Source: Centroscyllium fabricii
Taxonomy: Eukaryota
Reading direction: 5' to 3'
Length of the DNA: 64,000 bases
Assembly: GCA_051313645.2 (NCBI GenBank)
Contig: JBNRSN020000001.1
Location: 397,048,001-397,112,000 of the forward strand
In this document: piece by piece, positions 36,500-49,477 of the stretch
Numbering within the stretch: position 1 is the stretch's first letter
Layout of the letters: each line of letters begins with the position of its first letter
Program-made: the position numbers and the translations under genes
The notes under the pieces: generated by a model
Told to the model about the DNA's origin: nothing
Seen by the model: the letters and a program-made list of their open reading frames with translations, nothing else
The model's database searches: none

Positions 36500-37396
36500 A
36501 AATGCAATACAAAGGGGAGGAAGCTATGCCTCAGTTGTACAGAGCCATGGTCAGATTGCATCTGGAGTTCTGCGTTCAGTTTTGGGCACTGCACCTCAGG
36601 ATGGATTGATTGACCTTGGAGGGGGTGCAGCGCAGTTTCACCAAAATTATACCAGGATTTAGAGGGTTAAATTAACCACGACAAGTTGCAAAAGCTTGGC
36701 TTGTATTCCTTTGAGTACAGAAGATTGAGGGGTGCTCAGAATTTTAAAAAAGGTTGGATTGGGTAGATATGGCAAAACTATTTCATCTGGTAGGGAAATC
36801 AAGAACAAGGGGATATAATCTTAAAATTAGAGCGAGGCCATTCAGGAGTAGAATCAGAAAGCACTGACTTGTGAGTACAGGTTGAGCACCGTTAATCCGG
36901 CACCCTCAGGACCAGGCCAGTGCCGGATTACTGAAAATTCCGGACCACTGAAGGTTCGGGGGGAAGCGCGCGGTAGAACACGCCCAGGGGTGCGCGGTAG
37001 AATACTCCCCGGGAGGGAGCCCGGCGATAGAACACTGTCCAGCAGCAACCCAAATGCCCGACGCTCACCCACCCTTCGCGGGAACCTGCGGCACCGCCGA
37101 GCGGCTGCTCCACAAACTGAAGGCCGCCGGTTCCGATTCGTGCCGAACCACTGAAGTTGCCGGACCATCGGGTGCCGTGGCGGTGCTCAACCTGTACATG
37201 GTAGAAATCTCAAACTCTCTTACTGCACAGGACTGTGGATGCTGGGACAGTTGAAGGTTTCAACCATATCAAGGGATATGGAGCAAAGGCGAGTCAATGG
37301 TGTCGAGGTGCAGATCAGCTATAATCTACTTACATGGCAGAGCAGGTGTGAGGGGCTGAATGGTCTACTCCTGTTCCTAATCTTCCTATGTTCCTA
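36500..37396 (+). mobile_element. Decayed CR1 3' fragment interrupted by a MITE
   Basis: LYRAMVRLHLEFCVQFWA motif; CR1 3' UTR ending in ttcctatgttccta. Confidence 0.85.
36878..37194. mobile_element. pogo/Tigger-like MITE, unexpanded 317-bp copy
   Basis: caggttgagcaccg TIRs; TA TSD at 36876-36877 and 37195-37196; only 3 tagaaYac motifs inside. Confidence 0.9.
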
Positions 37397-37916
37397 ACAT
37401 GTTGCTGCTTCTTCACTGACATTTGCTACAGTTTCTAAACTTAAATTGGTGCTGATTATTTTGAAGGAAAACAAGTTCCAAAAATCAAAAAAAAAACCTT
37501 GCTCTTATATTTAAGTATTTCAGTAATATATGTGACGCGCTCCCTAGCTTCTCGGCACAGTTTCTTCTTGGCACAGCTTCTGCCCATTGTTGCCTGATGC
37601 TGCTGTATGATTGGCCACTACGTTATCAGTTGATTGAAATATTTAAATTGCAGTGGGTAACATCATTGCACAAGTCAATCTAAAAACTAAAAATGACATT
37701 TGTCTTAAAATTACACTGTGACTATTTTAAATAGGTTAACGCCTTTGTTAGAGCATTTTGAGCACAAGGTAATATTTGAATATTTGATTCTGGAGTACTA
37801 GATAAGAGCAATTAAAAAAAAATGCACCCATGATTTTCTGATAAGCCACCTGCTGCGTGCAAGGCCCTGCTGATGGTTCTGGATCTTGACTTCTTTCATG
37901 TTGATGAATAGACAAT

Positions 37917-38783
37917 GGGCCAGAATTTCGGGTTTGCCGGTTGGTGCGGAACTAGGACCCTGCGGACACCTTTCAAACCGTACCAACATCGCACATTTTT
38001 TACTCCCAGCATTTCGGCTCGGCTCCGCCCCCTTCCTGCGCAACGTGGCAGTCCAGCCACACTAGGAGCTCAGTTGATGCGCTGCCGTCGTGCGTGGGCA
38101 ACAGTGATGCCCCGCCCACAGATCACAAATTTAAATTAAAAAACGCCCACAGATCACCAATTTAAATTAAAAAACGCCCACAGATTCCCGAGTCGGACCT
38201 TTTAGAGAGCAGGGACGTGAGGCACTGCACTCACAGACTCGGCAGTGAGCAGCGCGGCCAGACCAGCTTTTCACCGAAGGTAAGTCAACGATTTTTTCTC
38301 TTAGTTTTTTAACTTAACTAAATTAGTTAAAAATTTCAGAACTTTAAATTTAAAAATTAGCAATTTGGAATAGGTATAGCAATTGAAAATCGGATTTGTA
38401 AATTTTTAAAAAAAACGTTAACATCCAAATTTAATGATACCGATCTGGCCACATTACTCCCCAAAACTGTTAAAACTTAAAATTAAAGTAATAAAGTAAC
38501 TTACCTTGTTTAAGAACGTTTTTCTCTCCCTCACGCACGAGTTACTACAGCTTTTCTGACGTGCATCTCAAGGCTCCGTTGCCCACAGAATCATGCAGCA
38601 AATTGACCCTTTTCCACCCGAATTCTTGGGTGCAACTCACTCCTGCGTGCGATGCTGAGGGCCCTTCTCCCTCGGCATCGGAAATCTCGGATCCGTGGGC
38701 ATCTCCCGTGCGTTCATCGCACGGGGCATTTTGGACCCGTTCGTGCGTGGGCATCTGGTGCGAGGCACCCGAAATTCTGGCCC
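37917..38783. mobile_element. Young non-autonomous Harbinger-like element
   Basis: Perfect 17-bp TIRs gggccagaatttcgggt; AAT TSD at 37914-37916 and 38784-38786; CpG-rich ends and AT-rich centre. Confidence 0.88.
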
Positions 38784-39039
38784 AATAAAAATAAATCATC
38801 CAAACTATACATTTAATAGGAGGCAGGAGGAAGCGCTGCAAAATCATCATCTACAGAGCGTGCAAACATGGGTGTATTTGTTTTGCCATTGGTTAATTTT
38901 AAGTAAAAAGTAGACACAGTATAACATGGGTTTCTTCACTTTATATTAAAATGAATAGGTGGAAAATCGCAGCTTGGAGTGCACAGAAGCAGAAAATCAC
39001 ATGCAATCACATTTTTTACAGAATCAATGCCGTCTTGAT

Positions 39040-39245
39040 AAGAAACTGAAGATGCCGAAAGTACACAACAGGTCAGTCAGTAAAGAGAAGAGATAAGAGA
39101 GGTTAACATTGAGGGGTCACCCGCTCAGCACCACTGTGATGAAGATTTACACACCTGAAATGTTAACTTACCTTTTCTCTTTTCAGATGCTGGCTGACCT
39201 ACTGTGCATTTTCAGTTTTTATTGCACATCCCCAGCATTTGCAAT
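39040..39245. mobile_element. Old Penelope-like inverted remnant with degenerate hammerhead core
   Basis: Imperfect inverted ends (aggtcagtcag / ctggctgacct); tgatgaag...cctgaaatgttaac at ~39137-39167. Confidence 0.5.
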
Positions 39246-39340
39246 TATTTTTTATATTAGCTTTTCTAAATTATTGGTTTTAAAATTTTGTTGGTCAGTT
39301 TGCTTGTACTGCTCCATTAAGAACACAAACCAATAATTAT

Positions 39341-39700
39341 ATTGGAATTTAGAAGAATGAGAGGTGATCTTATTGAAACATATAAGATACGGAGGGGGCT
39401 CGACAGGGTAGATGCAGAGAGGATGTTTCCCCTCGTGGGGAAATCTAGAACTCGGGGGCACAGTTTCAGCCCTGTTAGAACTGAGATGAGGAGGAATGTC
39501 TTCTCTCGGAGGGTCGTAACTCTGTGGAATTCTCTGCCCTAGAGAGCTGTGGAGGCTGGGTCATTAAATACATTTAAGGTGGAGATAGACAGATTTTTGC
39601 AAGATACGGGACGAAGGGTTATGGGGAGCGGGCGGGGAAATGGCTTTGAGCCCAAGATCAGCCATGATCTTATTGAATGGCGGAGCAGGCTCGAGGGGCC
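39341..39700 (+). mobile_element. CR1 3' fragment
   Basis: EFRRMRGDLIETYKI...SRTRGH...VVTLWNSLP. Confidence 0.9.
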
Positions 39701-39924
39701 GTATTGTGCAAACAGCTAACATATTTGTATCAAGTTCCTCTCTCTACTACCTTAGTAGGGCTGGTAACCTGTTTATTTTTAATGAGTTAACACCTCCATT
39801 AAATAATGGAGACGGGCTTTGATACAAAGACGTTACTGTAACATAATTCACGGCCATTTCCAGGTTCATATGTAGAGCATCTCCTTAAGCAATTATTATT
39901 TGTTTTTATTTTCTTTTGCATTTT

Positions 39925-40055
39925 TCTCCTTTGTGGCCCTGTGCTTATCAATCGAAAACTGTGGAGGAAGTTCCTGCAACAGGAAGTTCCTGGCCACAGG
40001 AAATAATTGCAGCAGGAAATCACTGTCCACAATTGCATTACTTAATCAATTAGCC
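39925..40055. promoter_or_regulatory. Candidate ETS/GATA/SOX enhancer cluster
   Basis: Six GGAA cores within 39964-40020 (GAGGAAGT, CAGGAAGT, two CAGGAAAT, two reverse CAGGAA), plus CTTATC (39944) and CCTTTGT (39928). Confidence 0.4.
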
Positions 40056-40859
40056 CTTCTGATGGCAGCCCTGTTTCTAGCACTCCCTGAGTGAGTGGAG
40101 AACACTAGCGGTCGATTTGCTTTAAATTTATGAAATTGACCCCAATTGAAACTTTTTTTAAGCTATGCTGAAGCTTTAAATCTTCCTCATGTTGGTCATA
40201 GAAAAGGGGCAGTGTTAAAATGAAAACATGTGTTTTTCTGACCCGTTCAGAAATGTGTTGTGTTTTGATTCTTTGGGTGAGTTTCTTGCTCCGCATTGCT
40301 TGCAGAGATACAATCCTATAGACTGTATTCCCTCATTTTAATGACTAGGAAACAAAATGGAAAGACTTTTAAGTACAAGCAGGTGTGCCAGACAATCCCT
40401 CTATCTGCTTCTGTTACACTCACTGCAGCAATATTGCTTCTGAAATGACATTAAAAAAAAAAAAGGCCATTTACAGTTGAGACTTTTAACATTTCATATC
40501 ACTAAACTCAACATCTAAACCCATTTCTGTTACTATGACGATGGAAATGGGTCTGTCTGCTCCAGCAGATGACACCTGGAGCACGATTTTTAGAAGATTG
40601 AATCTGAAAGGATAGCATTATAGGACGAGATTTTCCGATAGTATGTGCACACAAGGAAAGGGCATGGACATTCCCAGAAGGAGGCTTTGTGTCCAGTGTG
40701 TACTGGAATAACATTGCTGGATGACCCTAGTTTCACAGGAGGTTCATATTGTTGGAATGTGCAAGGCTCATTAAGGTTAAAATAATGTTAATGATGGTAG
40801 GACTACCCTGCATTTTGGGTGAATTTGCCCCAGATAGTACTTTTCTGTGTGTGTACATC

Positions 40860-42650
40860 TGTGACCATGGAAGGAAGTGGACTGCCAATTTCTCACTCTT
40901 GCATTTGGAGTGTGCTGTTGGAGGAGAGGGTTAGATCGGCAAGGTGAGAAAAATTGAAGAATACGTGCAGAAAGCCAACATTCCTAAAAAGAGATGGAAC
41001 CCATTGTCAGCATGCTGCCATGCTAGTTTCCCAGATGTCAGGTCTGTCATCGCTGAACAGACCCGACACCAAGTGGCAGGAGAGGCAATTTAGCTGATTA
41101 AGAGCTTGTTAACAGTCACTTCAAAACTATTTTGAGCTCACCGTTAAATTTTATGAGCTCACCCATGTGGTCCACTCTGCTTGGGATCGCATCAGGTCAG
41201 CAGGTCAGGAGTTGTGTCACCATGGAATCATCTCTTTACTTGAAAGCTGCAAATGTGCTAGAAAAGCTCCCATCTCACAGCTGTACACTTTCCAAGCTCA
41301 GAAGACAGATTGAGTTTTATGCAGGTTGCAAGTGTTTGGAGTAAACTCTGTGTACAGTGTCACCTCATTGGGAAAACCACTCTCACCATTGACAGATCAC
41401 TTCTGTCATTTCAAGTTCACCTGCCATCTATTCTATCAGCATCGGTGCCCTTGACACTATCTCACCTTGGTGCTAATAATCCTACCATGATCAGCTGCAA
41501 CACCAGCAGCACCAGGCACACCAGCAGCACCAACAACAACACCAACCTTCTCCGCAATCAACTGATGCTGCACAGGACACAGGGCATCAGCACCCGAGCA
41601 CATTGCTATCCAGGAGGCCAAGGATGGCCTCACCATGGCCAGATTTACTTCACTTGATGCTGTACACCCTGACTGACACATGATGCACCACCCCACACCA
41701 ACACCATAAAGTATCCCTACAATGCCCAAGCCATTCCTTTCACACTCATCGCCATTGCAGGGGATACCGTTATGTCTTCTTATTCACTGCAACTCACTGA
41801 GCCACTTCCAAAGGTGCACACACATCTGGCCAAGAACACAAAGTGTTGAAAAGAAAGATTTCAATGTTTGACAGCACATTAACAGAAATTTCACATGAAC
41901 ATTGGCTAAAACACACAAGTTGTGTTAGTTGGTTTGCTTGGACTAGGATAAGGGTGAGTGTGAGGGATGGCTAGTAAGATGTAGAAGTGATAATGCAGAT
42001 AGAGAGGGATGGGTGGAGGTGCAAAGTAAGTTGGTGTGAGTAAGGATGTGCAGGAGTAGGGTAGGGAAGGCAGAGTGATGGGGATGTGATGAGTGGCACA
42101 GCAGGATGAGGTTGAGTGTGGCTTTGCAGTAATGTTTCATGATCTACTGAGATCATTGAAAAGGTTTGTACCACTGCAGCCTGGTCGTCCTGACCACATC
42201 CCTGCTTGTGCCCTCCTGTGCAATGTGCAACCAGGCTGCGTTGATCTCCTGGGGAGGTCTCTTCTACCCATTGGAAGGGAAGAGGACCTCCCTGCGTGCT
42301 GTGACTCATGGGAGAGCCATGGGAGAGCCTGGGTGCAGCCAAGCACTCTTGCGCAGTGCTTGTCAGTGTTTGCAGCAACTCAATGCTGTAGAACACTGAC
42401 AGCACAACTGTCAAAATCAATTTGCGCATGGTCCCTTTAAGGAAACAGGCTGATGACACGTCATCAAATGACGTCATCAGACCTGCTTCCTTCAATTGAC
42501 TGGCAAACGCACTGGGTGAGCTTAACGAGCCCATTCAGCGTAAGATCACTATGGACAGCGGGCTGGAGGCAGCAGCAGGGTCACACCCCGGTACCCACTT
42601 CGGCACCAACCCTGGCCGCACCGGACCGCTGAGGTTAGAGAAATAGCAGC
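40860..42650 (+). mobile_element. Decayed Harbinger deletion derivative (transposase ends on +, Myb remnant on -)
   Basis: Homologous to 536-1351. Minus strand ~42100-42350 retains Myb-exon-like sequence (...cagtggtacaaaccttttcaatgatctcag...). Confidence 0.6.
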
Positions 42651-43989
42651 CAAAGTAACAACAGAAAATAAAATGGAAAGTGGGAGTGAGAATAGAAGAG
42701 AAATAAAAATATTAATGAAAGAAACTCGTAGCAAAGTGGAGAAATACTTAAGATGTAATTCAGTTAACCACGGAATAATCAATACTTCTTTATTCTTGTG
42801 ATCACACTGACTTGGAAGCCAGACCATTAGCTTTCAATGAGTACTCCCAGACCAGTAACTCAGTAGCATTCATTTCTGACCCCGGGAAAAAAGTGCCAAG
42901 ATCAGCTCTTCGCTGTAAACGTTCTGATGTCCCCAGAATGCACTCTGAGTGCAGAGCTACATGTTTTAGATGTATGTCTTAAACTTCTCATGAATCATTT
43001 TGAAAGTATCATAAATCATTATAAATAAATGATAAACTTCTTGAAAAGCATTATAAACATTAATGAGGTTGTTTTGTAAAAGCCTTTTCCCTTTGATGAC
43101 ATATGACAAAAGCCAGCAGAAAGTATAGCATGCTGGGTACTTCAGAGTGTAGGCTGCCAATAGTATCTGTCAAGGAGAAGTTTCCACACAGGGATAAAGA
43201 TGGAAAGTGATGTGATTATTTACATACCTTGTGATTGTGCAAAGTGCCCTGCCTATTCTGTGAGTGCCATGATGTCCAGTGTGAAGGAACCACCTACTCT
43301 CAAGGCAAGATTTTCATCATGTTACCATTCGATTTTGGGGTATTATTCTGTTAGCCGGTATCAGAAGATGCGTGGAAGTTCTGCCCCGACGTAAATGTAC
43401 TGAGTTTATGGTACATTTTCCAATGGAAAGGACCTGAGGTGGTAGATGTATTTTCCCACTGTTTTTGTATGCAGTTGTCAAACATAAAAAATGACCATTT
43501 GAAATGGGCATCTTGGGTTTCTAGGTGGCAGTAAGTGTCCTGGAGACTTTGTTGGCAGTTCCCTCAGTACTGCTCCGAAGCATCAGCCCGATTAAGCGCT
43601 TAAGTTCTACTGTGGGCTTGAATCCACAACTTTCTGGCTCAGAGGTGAGATTGCTAACACTGAGCCAAGGCTGACATTTGGTACTAATGTGCTGACCAGG
43701 AAAATTGGGTGCAAACAGCACACTTCCTTCCATTTCACCCTGTCCGAAACCTGCCATTTGGCAGGTCTATGGGTCAGCCTCTGGTATCTATCTGGCTGTT
43801 GTTCACGTGTCGGCTGTGAGAGTGAGTACCATATCTTAGGATGTAGGGAGAAAGCAGGAGGCTGAACATATTGCTTGCCATATTGTCAATGTATTTGTTT
43901 TTGGACACTACTGGCTGTTTGAAAATAGAAATTGGGATCAGCAGCACGCTCAAACAGACCAGAAGTTTGTGTAACTTAATGTCTTGTCT

Positions 43990-45900
43990 TAACCCTCTCT
44001 CTTAGAATTGGATGTTGATAGGATATTTGACTATAGGTTCATCACAACCAAGCCAAGTCATGTCCTCACCCAAAGTCCACATGTGCATTTCCAGCAGAGG
44101 AGGGTGATCAGAAACTAGAACCCTGGAGGTTTTTTCTCTCCTTAACCCAGGGAGTTTAGGCCAATTGTGGTGCTTCCAATTCTGCCCAAGCTGAGATCAG
44201 TCAATTCAGTATAGTAGGGGATCAAAGTGGGGGCTTTCCCGGTGGATTAGCTATTCACCAAATAAGCTGGAGCCAGTGGGGGAACCTCCACAACAGGTTG
44301 GATACACAGCAAAGTAGCTGAGTTCAAAGAAGAGGGAGTTCAAGATTGGTAATGATGCAGCATGTTGTACCCAAGTTCCGTAATATGAACCCTCTGGAGA
44401 GTTGGGCTGTTTCTCAGTGAGATTTAAGAGAGTTTTATAATGCATATAAATCCCTTGTCTCAGCACCAAGAAAATGTTTTCAGGGAAGCCGGTTGGTAAC
44501 CTGAGTGAAACATTCTAATCGGGTCATTTTTCATGCCATGCAATACATGCAATCAGCCCAAAAGAGAATTATGTTTTGATTCCTGCGAACATTTTTCTTA
44601 CTAATTTCTCCCCCTGCCCTGAAAGTGTTGAACCGCTGCTGCGGTACAATTTTGCAGTCGCCCTCCAGTGCCTTGCCCAAATGATTGTTTCTTGCCCATA
44701 AACAGTGAGTGTCAGCAGGTTATTGAAGGTGGGGCCATCACAACTGAGTTTGCTAACTTGGTATCCATTCTTCCACCAGTAGTTGCCGAATATAAATCAG
44801 GGAAGTGAGAATCCTCTTTGAGTTTTCCCCCTTCCCAACCCAGAGGCGTGAATGCCAATTGTAAAAGCCCTAACGTCGCCCCAGAAAAGATCAATTAAAT
44901 CAGCACAGACCAGGGCTTGGAACCTGGGACCCTCCTGTTTGTAATGCTCAGCTATTGACAGGATAAACTCACTGAGTCAATTCAAAAGCCAAGATACTGG
45001 CATCATGAAAATGTGATTTGCAAACCTTTTACAGTGCTTGTTGAACATTTGCATGCAGTAATCCAAGTTACATCAGAACACAACTTTTCAAGCTAGTCTT
45101 GCTTCTCCAAGAACAACCCAAGAGGTAGAAATTCCTTTGATCGTTAATGCTAGTGAAAACGTCAACATTAATATTAAGCCAGTTTCCCTGCTGTATACTC
45201 ATAGCAGATTCCAGGCACTGCAGTGAAGAATTGTAATGGATTTATTTCACAGAAGAAGGCGCTCTTGTATAATTCTGGCCAGCTGAAATTGGACCACAGA
45301 CATAAAAACTGGCCACTCACAATGACCCAGTTTCCATTCATTTGATGAAAACCTACTTGACAATGGATTGAAAGTAGGGCAGCATTTGACAACAAGAGGG
45401 GACAGCAACTCATATAAGATTGGTCAATAAAATATTAGTTCCTGTATTCAGTATATAACATATCAGATAAAACAATGGCAATTATTGTACATTGGTACAA
45501 ATATGGATTAGCTCAGTGGGTAAATGAACTTCTATGTTAGGGTGAGGTGTGATACTCAACCATACAGACCAGAAATGTTCTAGGTTCAATTACACATCTG
45601 TACTAAATTAGCCAATATCGGCAGACAAATGCAAGAAGTCACACCACACCAGGTTATAGTCCAACAGTTTTATTTGAAATCACAAGCTTTCGGAGCGCGG
45701 CTCCTCCACAATATCTGCAGAGGCAGCAATGGAGCGTTGCAACTGGTGTCAATGCCTGTCAGCTAGGGAGGAGAAAAACATCCAGGGTTCCTGCATCATG
45801 GTTTTAACTTTTCTTGTGCTAATCTCCTCTGAGATCAGTTGCATAAGTCTTGCCATATGGCTTGACAATGCATTTCTGTCAAAACCCACAATGCAATCTC
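43990..45900. mobile_element. Cluster of three old LF-SINE-like copies (~43990-44275 -, ~44590-44980 -, ~45505-45900 +)
   Basis: Shared core such as ggttcaat...tctgtRct.aatt..agctga..tcagc and gggaggagaaaaacatccagggttcctg. Confidence 0.5.
45626..45708 (-). mobile_element. Penelope-like fragment (same family as 24601) with half of the hammerhead motif
   Basis: caaatgcaagaagtcacaccacaccaggttatagtccaac...aagctttcggagcgc; flanked by caatatc[g/t]gcaga direct repeats. Confidence 0.78.
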
Positions 45901-46736
45901 TCCCTAGCTCCTGCTGTGCCGTTGGGGTAGTGGGAGAGTAGCCTGCTCAGCGGGGGACGTCTTGCAGAGAGGGCAAAAAATGCATCAACAACAACTTGCA
46001 TTTATATAGCACCTTTAATGTAGTAAAATATCCCCTGGTGTTTCACAGGAGCGTGATCAGACACTGCGCCACATAGCGAGATAAATACAATAGCAAACAA
46101 TAGAAGCATTGACGAATCTTTAGAAACCGAGCAGAGCTGATAACCAGTCACAGCCACAGAGTTGCCAGTTACCAATTAGTTGAGATTTGAATTAGTTGGC
46201 AGTTAATAGCTGAAAAATCAGCTGTTCAGAAAAGACTTCATATACCCAATGCTGAAATGTGATTGACTGACTTTGGACGATTAATAGATCATGCCATAAA
46301 ACACTCATTCAAAATCTTTAATAATCTCATGCAATCCTCCCGTCACCCATCAAACTGTGCGCTAACATAATTTGTTACCACACCTAATATAAACGATTAG
46401 GAACTATGCAGTTTATTGTGCAGACATTGCTTTTTGACTGTACTTCAGACAGTTGAAGCATATGCAAAATGATAATCTTCACAGGCATAGTTTTACCATC
46501 AATGTCAATCGATGATTGAGAAGCATTATTCATACATACTTTGAAGTAATAAGAATGCCAAGTTCAATTGTAAAAGATTACTTCAAAGACATGCAGTTAT
46601 GACTTTCACAGGTTTTCATGTGTAAACTGCTTTCTTTAGTTTAGCTAGAACAGAGAAAAACAAGTTATACCAATATCTTTTACACCTAGATTCTTAAGTC
46701 TTATTTACTTAAAAAAAGGTTACTTCATTACAGCTA

Positions 46737-47272
46737 CAGGAAACTCTTTATTATCTGGCACCGATGGGACCGGCGTGTTGCCAGTTTATCAACATTTCCA
46801 GATAACGGAGAGGGTTGTCTACTGAGGCTTTTTTTAACAAAGAAAAATTTAAAAAATCAAGAAATGTGCAGCATACAGTAATTGGGTACTCGCCTACAGA
46901 ATGTTGTGTTAAATGGATGGTGGAAGATGCTTGTTTAACTCCAGTACTGCCACTTGAGGGTAATGCAATGTAATAACTACCAGCAGCGTGAGAGACACAC
47001 AGTACTCCTGTAAAATGGCGGATCAGAAGAAGCTACCGGCAGCATGGGAGAGTCAGGCTTCTGTTGCAGGGTTTTTGAGGTCTTCAGACAGCGCCAAGAA
47101 TCCGAGCAGTAGCAGTTTGGAGAACTACCCCGATTGACTCGGGCACCGCGGGAGACTCGGTCTCGGACTCGGCAACATTGCCGGTTATTGAGGTGTTGTT
47201 TTTGGAGCGAGAATTTTGCCGGTTAGTAGAGAATTCTGGATATTTAGGTGCCGGATAATAAAGAGTTTTCTG
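46737..47272. mobile_element. pogo/Tigger-like MITE
   Basis: 26-bp TIRs cagRaaactctttattatcYggcacc; TA TSD at 46735-46736 and 47273-47274. Confidence 0.87.
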
Positions 47273-48188
47273 TAGTTTGTTCTAAGATTGAAGGGCAAAG
47301 ACAGTGGAACTCTTCCATTTTCTATCTATGTATTTTTTAACATTCCCTTAGAAACAGCAAGGGATAGGAATTTACAGCGTTTTTGTGTAGACTAAGTTCT
47401 AGGAGGCTGGCATTCCACAGGATTCCATCAGTCTCCCATCATAACTCGACTGGCGGAACACCATGGAATTTCAGCAACAAAGATTTCAGATTGCCATCTC
47501 CATACCTCTCTCACTTAAAATTTTCTAGAGGTACTTGACTCATCCATAAGCGTTTATAAGGATTGCCCTCACCCTTTTCAGTCAATTATGGAGATTATCA
47601 GAGCTCTTTCCCAGAAACACTTGATTCCTTTGGGAAAAAGAAGGTGGAGAGGAAACATGTTTCAGGTCTGTAAATTGAGGCATTGATAAAATATATTTAA
47701 GGACATTATTTATTTCACTTGTAATATAGGACTAAAGGACAATGTTACAGAATCAACAACAAGGCTAGAGATTAGGAATATTTTAATTATTCCACCACAG
47801 TGCATTGTTTATATGAAATAGAGTCTGAGCAAAAGCAGTCAATACTGTCTTGAGTAACACTTGGGTAAAAAAAAACCTGGATAAATATGTGTTTAAGAGC
47901 AGGATAAAAGTTATAATAGACACATCATCAAAGATTCTATAAGGTAGATTTTATAAATCTGGGCTCCTGGCATGGAGCAGGGAATCATGCAGGGTTCACT
48001 TGGCACAGCCCCCAGATTACTAATACACATCCCGGCACACAAAGTTCATCACTAGAAACACACATTTGTAAAGTCTACCCTTCTGGGTATCTGGAACAAG
48101 TTAAGTTGTTTCATTTGTAAAGACAGATCAATAAGGGTGATTCCACCATCAGGTGCTCCCTACAGAAAGTTGAGTTTGCAGCAAGTAT

Positions 48189-48980
48189 GGGGGGGATTTT
48201 GCCGGAAGGGCGGGAACCTGGTGGGGATTGGTCTGGGCGGCTTCCGGTCCCGCCCACCCAAACAGCTGGGAAGGCCACGCAATTTTAGTTTAATTAGGTT
48301 GGTAAATCCCCGTCGGCGGCAGCGGGAGGTAATTAGGTCAATCGAGTCGGGCTGCAGCGGGGCTGCGAGCAGTTTGATTGACAGTTCCAGCACTGGTTTT
48401 TGTCAGTTCCCATGGAAACACTCCACTGTGACATCACAGTGGAGTGGAGCCAATGGGAAAGGCCAAGTGCTGGTGACTGACAGGTGGGCGGGTGTGCTCA
48501 GAATCCCTCACAGCTCGCAACGGCTGTGAGGACATATTCAGAGCTGAGATTGCTCAGTTTCTGCTCAGAGCTGCTGCTGCAGCCAGAACGTAGTTACTTC
48601 ATCCTCTAAGGTGCTGGAAGCATGCCAAGCATTTGGCAGCATGTCCTTCACACCTTGAAGGAGAAAGAAATAAATGCAAGAAGTCACACAACACCAGGTT
48701 ATCGTCCAACAGTAATACCCAGCGGGGTTTAGGGTGGCGGGGTTAGGGTGGGAAACAGGGCAAAATGGCTGAGGGCCCTTAAAATGGCATTAAAGATGCC
48801 AATTAAGGGCCCTTAATGAGGTGACAACCCATCCCCGCCAGTCGGCGTCGGGAAGGTTTTGGGGCGGGGAATCTGGGCGGGCGAAAATGAGAACGTGGCG
48901 GGGATACGGCGGGGAGGGGCCGCTATTTTGCCGGCCGGGCCGCCCAAAACCCCGCCTCACGGGGACTTGAAAACCCCCCC
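48189..48980. mobile_element. Non-autonomous Harbinger-like element (~0.8 kb), copy 2, inverted relative to 12501-13329
   Basis: Termini gggggggatttt / aaaaccccccc; TAT TSD at 48186-48188 and 48981-48983. Confidence 0.85.
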
Positions 48981-49477
48981 TATATCTCAGAAAGTTGTGG
49001 GTGTGCAGTTTTTGCTATTCTATAGTTTTGCTCGTAAAGATTTAGGGATGAGGAACCTTCATAGAGCTTTACATTGTTGAAGGCTACTTGCAGGTAGCTG
49101 ATTGCTTTCTGAGGAGATTGAGTGGGTTGGACAGGCTCATGATGGGGCCGATTGTACATGGAGAGACAATGGAGAGAACTAGAGCAAGTGACCATTTCTT
49201 TTCATGCTTTATGTTCAGGTAGGGAACTTGTGCTAATTTTCAAAATATTTGCAGGTCACCTTTCTTTTTGTAGATAAGCTTTGCATCATTTCTCAAAAGA
49301 GCTGATTTCCAAAGGAAGGTACCATTTTAGGGTTGGGGTCAGGAATGCACCAAATCCACTCATTTATTTCCAGCCCTTCAAAGGCATTAGAAATGGGAAC
49401 ATTTACATCCTCTAAAACTACTGACAACTATTCCTAAGGATCTTACATGTGGATAACCATTTAATTAAAAATTATTG

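Noticed and set aside
43200-43511. Possible host exon (minus-strand donor-like catacct at ~43222) and other short ORFs in unique DNA (18995-19225, 32124-32387, 50192-50626)
   Set aside because: No recognisable domain and no convincing acceptor/donor pair. Small exons cannot be excluded without RNA-seq or homology search.
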